The translations under genes and the position numbers were made by a program. Below the pieces are notes generated by a model. That model made no database searches. It saw only the letters and a program-made list of their open reading frames with translations, and had not been told where the DNA came from. A stretch of DNA of 64,000 bases, from contig OX597826.1 in the NCBI GenBank assembly GCA_951406725.2, positions 56,668,001 through 56,732,000 of the forward strand, given 5' to 3'. Positions 53,334-64,000 of the stretch are shown here, piece after piece. Origin of the DNA: Octopus vulgaris. Lineage: Eukaryota. Positions within the stretch are counted from its first letter, which is position 1; each line of letters opens with the position of its first letter.

Positions 53334-53751
53334 GACGCAGGAGTGGCTGTGTGGTAAGTAGCTTGCTAACCAACCACATGGTTCCGGGTTCAGTCCCACT
53401 GCGTGGCATCTTGGGCAAGTGTCTTCTGCTATAGCCCCAGGCTGACCAATGCCTTGTGAGTGGATTTGGTAGATGGAAACTGAAAAAGCCCGTCGTATAT
53501 ATGTATATATATATATATGTATGTGTGTGTGTTTGTGTGTCTGTGTTTGTCCCCCTAGCATTGCTTGACAACCGATGCTGGTGTGTTTACGTCCCTGTCA
53601 CCTAGCGGTTTGGCAAAAGAGACCGATAGAATAAGTACTGGGCTTACAAAGAATAAGTCCCGGGGTCGATTTACTCGACTAAAGGTGGTGCTCCAGCATG
53701 GCCACAGTCAAATGACTGAAACAACTAAAAGAGTAAAAGAGTAAAAGAGAG
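53334..53751 (+). mobile_element. SINE family A, full length, (GTAAAAGA)n tail
   Basis: A/B boxes; near-identical to the 25971 copy. Confidence 0.93.
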
Positions 53752-54167
53752 ACCAAGCAATATTCCTTGGTCTCAGAGTCTGTGAGCATAAGAGAAGGAG
53801 GAGAGGAAAGTGAAGTGAAAGAGACAACAAGAAAAGGGGGAGATGAGAGGGACTGGATGTACGTGTGTGGGGGGATAGGTGTAAATTCTGATTGCAGTTT
53901 GAACTAGAAACATTTTCATTGCAAAGTGAAAATTTGTTGAAATCAAGACAAAGTTCAGTTTTGAAGGGACATCATTTGCTGTGACAAATTGGCAATGGGG
54001 ATTTACAAGTGTCCCCCATGACATCCACTGACAGACATGGCTTTCAACCCCTCTCCCTTATCCCCTTTAGTCTGTTTATTGTTCTACCATATATGACAGT
54101 GCTTGTGTGGTAAGTAGTAACCAGTAACAAAAGAACCCCCTAGCAATCACTTAGTGTGTTAGGAGTT

Positions 54168-54208
<41 letters not shown>

Positions 54209-54413
54209 TTTTCATTGATTTGGTATGGAAGATGGAGTTGCACCCATTACATTCATAGAGCCTTTTAAGACAGATGGTTAATGCCTTTCCCCTGCCCTGA
54301 ATAGCTAGAAGACAAGTTACAAGGGAAGGAATTCCAAAGGCCATTGATGTGGAAAGCAAAACCCATAGATAAGTTTGTTGAGTTGTGTGTATGAATTTAC
54401 GTCTATATATATA

Positions 54414-54790
54414 CTCTCTTTTACTTGTTTCAGTCATTTGACTGCGGCTATGCTGGAGCACCGCCTTTAGTCAAGCAAATCGACCCTGGGACTTATTCTT
54501 TGTAAGCCGAGTACTTATTCTATCAGTCTCTTTTGCCAAACCGCTAAGTGACGGGGACATAAACACACCAGCATCGGTTGTCAAGCAATGCTAGGGGGAC
54601 AAACACATACACACATATATATATACATATATACGACAGGCTTCTTTCAGTTTCCGTCTACAAAATCCACTCACAAGGCATTGGTCGGCCCGGGGCTATA
54701 GCAGAAGACACTTGCCCAAGATGCCACACAGTGGGACTGAACCCAGAAGCATGTGGTTGGTTAGCAAGCTACTTACCACGCAGCCACTCC
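54414..54790 (-). mobile_element. SINE family A, near full length
   Basis: Reverse complement of the 53334 copy, lacking a few 5' bases. Confidence 0.93.
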
Positions 54791-55493
54791 ACATAGTAGA
54801 ATTTATTTCTTTATTTAATTGAAGATGTGGGTTCTTCACAAAGAATTTGATGTGACAAGAATGACAATGGTGCACATTAAGCTCCCAAGCATCTAATTGC
54901 TAGTCAGGTAATGTGTGTGTGAATCACACTAACACCATGACCACCACTGCTGTCATCACTTCCACCACAACTACTATCACCACAACTACTATACACAAGG
55001 AATCGAGAAATCAAATAAAACTATCCAACATCTTCACCAGAATTGAACTTGTGAACACAGAAGCTTCTTATAAAATGTAGCTACACTGGCTGGCTTGAAG
55101 ATTAAGGAGAAACATTAAATAAAGAGAAGGATAGGGAAAGGGTGGGAAGAGATTGAGAGGAAGAAACAAAGAAAGAAAGAAACTGGAGAACTGTGTAAAA
55201 TACATGTGGTTGTAAGTTAATCATAGAGTATGTAAATAATGGTGAAAGTTACAGTGGAACCAGATGGAGAAACGTCTTGGGTTAAAAACCAAAGAGCATT
55301 TACAAACTTACATGAAGAACCATTTAATGTCAGTAAGATCCAACAAAGGTATGAGAACATGATGTATATAAAGACAAGAATGATCTACACATTTTGGTTG
55401 ACTTTTGGAAACGATAAAAACCAATAGACGAAATTCCGGTTCAGAAGCTGAAAACTATGAAAGTTTTTATTTGTCTTTTCTTTCTTTCTTTCT

Positions 55494-55497
<4 letters not shown>

Positions 55498-55587
<90 letters not shown>
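55498..55587. repeat. (GT)n microsatellite
   Basis: Direct reading. Confidence 0.97.
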
Positions 55588-55591
<4 letters not shown>

Positions 55592-55797
55592 CGTGCGTGC
55601 ATGTGTGATTTCACTAGAAACTAGTTACCAAGGAATACTACAAAAATATTTTATTCTTAATTCCCTGTGTAATCCAACCATAAAAAGCATATGACTAGTG
55701 AAAGCCACAAGTAGTTGCAGTAACAACAACAGTAGTAGTAGTAGATTGAGGGAGGAAAAGATAAATGAATGGATGGTTAGATGTATATATATGTATG

Positions 55798-55842
<45 letters not shown>

Positions 55843-55868
55843 ATATATATATAAGATATATATATATA

Positions 55869-55929
<61 letters not shown>

Positions 55930-56399
55930 GTTGGATGGATGAATGGATAACTAGACAGACTGATAGATAGATGAATATATAGAAGGATATATATGACCGT
56001 TCCAGTATTGATTTCTGAAAATTTATTGAAAACTGCAACACAGGAATGATAGCATCTCTTTTCTTGAAAATGTCTACCAAATGCACTTAACCAATGACAA
56101 TATCCATTAGTGAGAGACTACAACAACCATAACAGCAACAACAACTACATCAACAACAACAAGGTTAAAGATATAAAGATATGTAGTTTTCATTTCAGTA
56201 AGTTTTTTTTTTTTTTTTTACTTTTCATTTTGTAGTTGTTGTTGTTGTTGTTCTCCCAAAGCATAGAACTGCATGCATGTACATACACGTGCACATGCAT
56301 GTATATGTAAATGTATACAATATTGCACCTGTCTACTGATGTCTTTTGATTTGAATCTTCAAATATATTGATACGGTTTTATTGATTGCAGTTCAATAC

Positions 56400-56472
56400 T
56401 CTCTCTATCTCTCCCTCTCTGTCAATCTGCTTGTCATCTCTCTATCTCTCCCTCTCTGTCAATCTGCTTGTC
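56400..56472. repeat. 37-bp tandem duplication
   Basis: TCTCTCTATCTCTCCCTCTCTGTCAATCTGCTTGTC begins at 56400 and 56437. Confidence 0.92.
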
Positions 56473-56630
56473 CTCTCTTCTTCTCATCCACCAGGTAAAA
56501 GAGAAGATGGGTTGGATGATAGACAGGTGGGGTGAGTTATTTATCTATTTATCTATGGTTTTAGATATGGCATTTTGCAAGAAAAGTGAAGGCTTGTTGA
56601 AATATTCACTGGGGAGAGAGGTAGATAGAC

Positions 56631-56720
<90 letters not shown>

Positions 56721-58142
56721 GGGTGAAGACAAAGAGGAAGACAGCTAAAACTGTAGAAGTAGTTTAATGAAAGAAAGAATGATGCGCCGGATAGATAGAT
56801 GTAAGGTAATGACAAAAGGAAAAGGAAAATAAGAATATGAGAGTAGAGAAGAGAATAGAGAGGAACAGAAGATGAAAAGAAGAGAGGAAGAGAAAGAGAA
56901 TAAAGAAGTATAGTAAGGTAGTAACAGTAAATGGGATAAAAAAATGGAAAACAATAGTTGAGGCTACTGGAAGTTTGGTGGTGGAGAGGAGATGAGAATA
57001 ATATAAAATAAAAAAAAATGTGCAAAAAATCAAAGAGAAGGCATCTATAAAAGAAGTATGAAAGTAAAAACATAAACAAATGAGGTAAAAGAAAAAGAAA
57101 TATATATTCTATCCCCATCATCTGCCCCCTTAATGATTTCGGAAGAATCCCATCATTCAGTGCAGTGAAAGAATCTTTGATCCTTAATGTCCAGCACACT
57201 CTATTAGGAAGGAATCAACCGACAGCTAAAAAGAACTATCAAGGGATCCTGGAATAACAATGCCACCTTGCAACAATGGAGTCCGCTTCTGTGTGGTTGG
57301 TCACTTGAAACTGCTAGAATAAGCAGCCAGATCTCCCACAAAGCATGCCTTACTGTTTCTCTTAGAAAAGATAGCATGACTGGAATAATTTTGGTTGCAG
57401 TTATTTGTTCAATCCGAGCTGACTAGGGGCACAAAGCAACCAAAGGAATACTAACTGTAGTATTCGAAAGTGTGAAGCTTTTGTTTTTATAGAGAAAACT
57501 ATAAAAGAAGGATGGTCGTTTATGCTTTGTACGCATGATTGCCATTCTTCATAGATTTCATAGCTGTCTTCCATTGTTGCAGAGCCGAAAAGAAAGGTGT
57601 GAAACCTTGCGTAAGAACATACCAGCACCCACACACCCACCCATGCATATTTTATATTTTATTTTTTTCTACAGAGAAAAGGTTGACTTTTTACATCAAT
57701 GTTCTGCTGAGGTGGCCTTTGTCAGGCAGTCTGTTGAAAGATATTGTGCTGAAGCTTTGAAGTAACTGTCAACCTCTACCTTGTAAAATAAATAAAATAA
57801 ATAAATAAATAAATAAATAAAAACACGATAGTATGAAACTCCACTGAAGGGTATTGAATGATCTTTCAATTTAATGTTTCACTGTTTCCGTATATAACAG
57901 CATATAAAAACAAACATAGATACACACACAGATATTTATCTATCTATTTATATATGCACATGCATACATATATTAATTTTGGCATTAAGAAGGGCATCCA
58001 GCATAGAAACTTGGCTATAGCAAAACAGATGCTAGAGCCTGATGCAGTCCTCAAATCTGTCAGATCCTGTCAACCTGTCCAACGAAGGCTATATATGGAA
58101 GATACTTGGAAGATGATGATGATATATATGTGTGTGTGTGCA

Positions 58143-58180
<38 letters not shown>

Positions 58181-58182
<2 letters not shown>

Positions 58183-58559
58183 CACAGGAGTGGCTGTGTG
58201 GTAAGTAGCTTGTTTACCAACCACATGGTTCCGGGTTCAGTTCCACTGCGTGGCATCTTGGGCAAGTGTCTTCTGGTATAGCCCCGGGCCAACCAAAGCC
58301 TTGTGAGTGGATTTGGTAGACGGAAACTGAAAGAAGCCCATCGTATATATGTACATATATATCTATATACGTGTGTGTGTTTGTCCCCCTAGCATTGCTG
58401 GTGTGTTTATGTCCCTGTTACTTAGCGGTTCGGCAAAAGAGACCGATAGAATAAGTACTGGGGCTTACAAAAGAATAAGTCCCGGGGTCGAGTTGCTCGA
58501 TTAAAAGGCGGTGCTCCAGCATGGCCGCAGTCAAATGACTGAAACAAGTAAAAGAGAGA
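58181..58559 (+). mobile_element. SINE family A inserted in a (TA)n tract, small internal deletion
   Basis: A/B boxes; AGCATTGCTGGTGTG instead of AGCATTGCTTGACAACCGATGCTGGTGTG (deletion between TGCT microhomologies). Confidence 0.92.
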
Positions 58560-59522
58560 TATATACATACATGCAGAAGTGTAGTTAGTCCCTGGTAAGA
58601 ATTGAAATGCAGACCAGCTGTGAAATAACACAGGTAGAAAACACACTTGCACAAAGACGTGTACAAGTGAGATTAGTAGTCTAGAAAGCCACACTAATCT
58701 CCACTATGTATGAAAGCCATAACTGAAACTTCATAGTTCTAAAACCACTTTCTCTTTGTGAATGGACACATTACCACCACCACCATCAACATCATCATCA
58801 TCATCATCATCATCACTCACCAACTGTATAACCATCACCACCACCATCACCATCATCGTCGTCAATATTAACTCCTTATTTGCAAAACTGCTTGACTCTT
58901 AATAGACTGATTAAGTACTACTATCAACACCAGCACCGCTACCGCTGCCACTACTACAACCATCATCAAAACTATGTTATTGCTTTCGACAACGCTTTAG
59001 TTTTGTTACTTCCTGTTTTATAATGTGCAATGCCAGACAGTTGATGGTGTTGGGCAACAAATTCAATACAGTTTCTAATCCCATACACATCCAATATCAC
59101 ACTGAAACAATTCCAATGAGTCAAGCTGATAAATAATGTGAATGTAAGGAATTCATTCAAGACTTTGCTTTCAGCTGAAGTTTTAGGAGATTGCTTGTGT
59201 GTGAAAGTAATATAAATGGGTCAATTAGATCAGGCCGTGTCAGATTGCCATATTAACAACGCTTTCTGCAATTATCCCACAGCTTCAATGTTGCACACAT
59301 GCCCAGACAATTGATTAATACCAAGTAATGCATACATATTGAAATCTTGGAGCAGTTTGGTGAAATTAGCATTAGAAATGCTTCAAGTGTCATTTCACAA
59401 TCGATGCTGCTCAAAGACTACTAAGAATAGAGTAGTGAATACAATGAGCAAGTTATAAGAAGAAAATAAAAAAAGAAACAACATGGCTTTATTAGATTGT
59501 CGGGACATCACTGAAGGCTTAC

Positions 59523-59536
59523 CTTTGCCTTTTCTT
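59523..59536 (-). other. Candidate 14-nt microexon (11 nt if the NAGNAG alternative is used)
   Basis: The minus strand reads aaatgctaaactaactttgcttgcttctttcactatag|AAGAAAAGGCAAAG|gtaagc: CTAAC branch point, UGC motifs, pyrimidine tract and a strong donor. Confidence 0.45.
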
Positions 59537-59581
59537 CTATAGTGAAAGAAGCAAGCAAAGTTAGTTTAGCATTTAGTGTAG

Positions 59582-59850
59582 CATCATCATCGTCATCATT
59601 TAGTGTCAGTTTTCCATGGTGGTATAGGTAAGCTGGGTTGACTGGAGCTGGTAAGCCAGGGAGCTGCAATAGGTTTCAGTTTATTTTGGCTTGGTTTCTA
59701 TGGCCAGATACCCTTCCTAACATCAACCACTCCACTGAGTGTACTGGGTGTCTTTTAAATGTCACTGGCATGGATGCCTTTTACATGTCACCAGCACAGG
59801 TATCTTTTACATGTCACTAACACTGGCCATGACTGTGATTTAACTTTGCT
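59582..59850 (-). mobile_element. Family E older variant with three abutting ~26-nt motif copies
   Basis: (CAT)n tail on plus, CCCTTCCTAACATCAACCACTCC block, then three TTTTACATGTCACYAGCAC-like units. Confidence 0.7.
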
Positions 59851-62319
59851 TGACATGTCTTCTCTTTTTACCAAAATCAATATTCCCCTCAGACCTGTTT
59901 TCCCCTTGTACCTAGGACTTATTGTATAATATACTTAGGGACATTTTACATTTCATCAAATACTTCAAAAGTGAAATACGTAATATTCATAGCACTTTCT
60001 AAATTACACTCTGACCTATAGATTAGGAACTGCAGGTGTAGCAAACTTTATTCCTCTTCACGCTATTGAATTTTGTGGGTAGGAGGTCTATGATACTTTA
60101 CATGAAGAAGAACAGTTGTAAAATTCATAAATTCATGAAAAATCGTTGAAGTAAAATGAAATGGTTGAAAACAGGTACCATGATTGTAATTGAGATCAGG
60201 AACTGATTACAATCATCATATTAAGCAAATGTATTGTGACCTGCTAGAAATAACAGCCAAATTGCTTCAAATTCTCTCATGCTGTCTTAAAAAAAGAAAG
60301 GACACATCAAACAAGGTTTTATTTGGCATTTAAAAAATGAAATAGTTGTGGGCATTGATTATGGAGCTAAATGATAACAATGATAAAAACATATTGATTT
60401 AAAGTTCAAATGTAAAATTGGAAACATAGAGTTTATTTCTCTTAAAATTTAGACCAAGCTATCAAAAAGAAGTTAAGACTGCTAAAAAAAGACTTTAAAA
60501 AAAAAATGAAGTTCAATGAGTACATATGAAGAGGAGAGAAAGAAAAATGAACAGAGAAGGAAGACTATGTTATCTATTTCTATGAAAACTAAAACATACA
60601 ACAAACAACAGTAGTTTCTTTGTCTTTCTCCACCTTCTATTCTCTCTCAATGAAGCCATTGTTATAAGGTTAATATACTTGTAAAACATAACACACTAGT
60701 TTCTTGATAAATCTAAATAAAGCAGCCTTTTAAGTAAAACAAGTGAAATAACATTTGAGACAATAAAAATTGTTATCAATGTAGATTCAAAACTATTTTC
60801 AAAGTAACCTCACAGTTTAAGAACAATTATTTTATATTGTTCTGTTAAGACAACACTAAAATGTAACTGCATTCAATACAAACACAATCACATCATTCAA
60901 GTACTCTGTTATTAGTGCAACCAAAACAAGTTAATGACATGGTAACTAAAATAACAAATGAGGAATTATGAGAAAGTTACCTGTGTGGTAAGGAAAATAA
61001 AACCAGCAGTCTGGTTTGAAATTATGTTGGCTTTTGTTTTCAACAGAAATTAATTGAAAACTGTTCTTCAAAAAGAAATCTTTGTTTACATTCTAGACAG
61101 GTACAGTCAAAGATAATTTGATTGACAGTTTTCGAAACAAGTGGAGGTTTTCAAATTCAGGACATGCATCAAATTTAGAAATTGTTTAATTTTCTAGGAA
61201 ATTTATTCCAATATTTAGCTATCATATAATTTTTTTTCACTTAACACTCAGGAAGAATTTTATCAATCTGAAAGTTTGGCCAAGGGCCATAATAATTTCA
61301 TTTGTTTCAAGAATACATCTTTAACTGTTATTTACTTAGACTGAGATGAGTTCTAAATTAGTAATATCTATAATCAAATGCATTCCAACCATGCTTATCC
61401 TGTTATTATTACAGGCTGGGTATCTAGGATTATGTTATCTAATGTGTCTTTGATTAAAGAGAGATTTGTCTAACACATAAACCAACTATATGGTGGCTCC
61501 CATAATCAAAGATAATATATATAGTTAGGTCACTTGCTGCTCTTAAAATAAACTTCAAGATAGGTTTGTGTAAACCAAATAAATAAATTGTTAAAGATGT
61601 GACACCTAAGTTCATTAATTGAACTCAAGAAGATTCTAAATTCATTGAATTGCACTATTTAAAATATCTTCGTTTTTTGTTTTTTTTTACTATATGAAAT
61701 CCTATTTTAAAATTGACTTCCTTCTTAGAGACCACTAATGTCAAGAATATACAATTTTCCAATGAGTGAAGTCTGTGATTTATCAAGTTTGATCTCTTGT
61801 GGCAGCTATTTAACTTATGCCACTAATACCATTTAAAATAAAAATGATACAGAAAAAAAAAAACTATCCTTAATGTAACTTAATCTCATTTCCCCTCAAG
61901 TGTAAATCCGAGGTTCTGTGCTTAAATTAAAAAAGAAAAAAGTAATTCTTCATTTATTTATTTCTTAGTAACAGGATCCTTTTTTTATAAAGGAAGAAGG
62001 GAAATTAGTTTACTGATTCAACCCAAAATATTGTTCTGACTTGCACTTTGAATCATGTGTGAAAGTCAGAATCACGAGATACTGGAGTTAGAAGCAATAA
62101 TACTCTGTATTTGATTTGCAATCTGGCCTTCGCACACTCAGTTTAACATTGATGTATTACAGTTAAAGTATTTAAAAGTACGAAGGTTAAAGTACTTAAA
62201 AGTACTTTAGCCATAGTATATCACTGTACTGGAAACCAAACAATTTCTTTAAACTCCCTCATATCACATCATAATGTTTTAAAGTGAAGGAAACACACAC
62301 ACACACACATATTTCAATT

Positions 62320-62735
62320 ATCAACATTTAATGTCCATGTTCCATGCTGGCATGGGTTGGACAGTTCAACAGTGTCCAATATGTTCAAAAACAGCAACAA
62401 TGCTCCCATGTGTCCCTTGGCATGGTTTCTAGTTGGATGCCCTTCCTAATACCAACCATAAAAATGGATATACTACACTGTTGGCAGGATAAATTTATTC
62501 AGGCATCATCTGGTACTAACTTAATCCTTTACTGTTGTTTCAGTTATTGGACTGTGGTTATATTGGGGGTACCATTTTCAAGAATATCCCAGTGACACTG
62601 ATTCCCACTTATTTTATCAACCTTAGAGAAATGAAAAGCAAAGCTGACTTGCACAGGATTTGAACTCAAAAGGCAAAAGGACAAACTAACATCACAAAGT
62701 ATTTGGTTCACTACTATAGTAATTCTGCCATCCAC
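62320..62735 (-). mobile_element. Adjacent degenerate fragments of families E (62320-62460), A (62530-62585) and B (62585-62735)
   Basis: CCATGCTGGCATGGGTTGGAC, GGATGCCCTTCCTAATACCAACC, TTGTTTCAGT, ATGAAAAGCAAAGCTGAC..GGATTTGAACTC. Confidence 0.6.
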
Positions 62736-64000
62736 TATTGAAATTTATTTTTAAAAAATCCTTTTACCCTATCTTTTGAGAGAAACCTTGTTTTTACACA
62801 TAGACAAATTATTCAATCAATGTAATAAAGTGAGTAGACAAACAGTCAGAAACATTTACATCATTTGACTGATTAAAGACAAAATTCTAACATTCACTCC
62901 ATCATATCCAGTTATTTGTTGTTGCCGAGAAATTAGGTAGGTAGGTAAGTTATTGGGTTAACAATAACACTATGTAAAAAAACCTAAAATAAACCCAGTT
63001 ACAGAAACAATAAGCTTGATATCCAGCATTTCTGGTCACATAAAAGGAATTAACAATAAATAATTTAATGCCTATATTTTTGTATATAGTATAACATAAA
63101 TACAATCACTCTGAGATTCACAAAGAATCATTTCATGATTTTATGTCATGCTTACGTATTTTAATTTTCGGGTGTGAATTATGTAAATAGGAAATAATAC
63201 CACAAAAATGATTCATAATGTATCCTAGAGATTGTATTATATTATACTACAATAAACTCTGCTATATTGGCATTGAGTGCTTTCATCTATTGTGTATGAG
63301 AAACAACGCATATGCAATATATCTGTAGATATAAATATCTTTTTCACTTTCTTTTTAAGTAAATCCAAGAACCAATTAAGTAAAAGTAGCCGCCGATCAT
63401 TTTGAATCATGAAATTAAAAAAAAAAAAAAAAGAGGAAAGAAATCGTTTCATTTTTTTTAATATTCATTGAAAGAAATTCTTTGGTTACCAACAACACAC
63501 AGCTGTTGTTTAGTGTTGGAATAAGCTTCAACGATAACACCAACATGGAGAAATCACAATAATTCCAGCTGTCTGCAAAGTGAGAACAAAACTTAACTAC
63601 CGGTTTGTAAGATTCTAATTTCGCAATGACCACTGTAGAATGCAATGATAGATCATGATAGATTGGCAAAGTCATGGAATTAAGCCAACAGATGTCCAAT
63701 CAGTCAATTCTCATGAGGAAATAGATATAAAGCAATGACAAAAAGCCAATATTCTTTCCAGTAAGGTTATTTTAAGTAATTCTTTCGTTAAGCTGAAAGC
63801 AACTACTTTCTTTTTACTAAACGTACAGAACTAATTGGTAGTACTAGTAATCTAAAATAACCTATCCCCAGCTTTTCAGCAGTTCTGATATTAATATAGT
63901 AAATACTTTTTAATATCATCTCCAGTAAAGGTAGTGTCATATCTATAACAGTGCATTCAATAAAAGTAGGATGGACACAGTGCAGTAAGGTTCTAGAGGT

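Noticed and set aside
55239-55427. Protein-looking plus-strand ORF MVKVTVEPDGETSWVKNQRAFTNLHEEPF with a possible donor AAG|GTATGA
   Set aside because: No recognisable homology or partner exons; cannot be distinguished from chance without transcript data.
56470-56500. Plus-strand polyY-CAG|GTAAAA acceptor-donor fusion
   Set aside because: The donor is weak and the pyrimidine tract derives from CT-rich low-complexity duplicated sequence; treated as background for the recursive-site search.
60180-60216. 11-bp inverted repeat ATGATTGTAAT/ATTACAATCAT
   Set aside because: Short and AT-rich, with no TSD or second copy; not enough to call a MITE or RNA hairpin.

Overview
This is AT-rich, microsatellite-saturated eukaryotic DNA, most likely from an octopus genome; that call rests on recognising the tRNA-headed SINE families by eye, not on a database search. 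No full-length protein-coding gene, rRNA, true tRNA or CRISPR array is supported, and almost all ORF-track entries are translations of simple repeats or SINEs. The window contains at least four SINE-like families, two 3' fragments of a CR1-type LINE, piggyBac-type (TTAA), mariner-type and hAT-like MITEs, one non-autonomous Helitron and several nested insertions. Splice-signal patterns suggest the window may lie inside a very large minus-strand gene. These include a textbook recursive-splicing (zero-length exon) site at 9065/9066, two weaker ones, and two microexon candidates (14 nt at 59523-59536 and 36 nt at 6414-6449). The other main lead is a headless retroposon carrying tandem copies of a compact H-type pseudoknot motif. 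A close inverted pair of near-identical SINEs is a likely ADAR substrate. Family letters (A, B, D, E, H) are my own labels, and ends of degenerate repeats are approximate.
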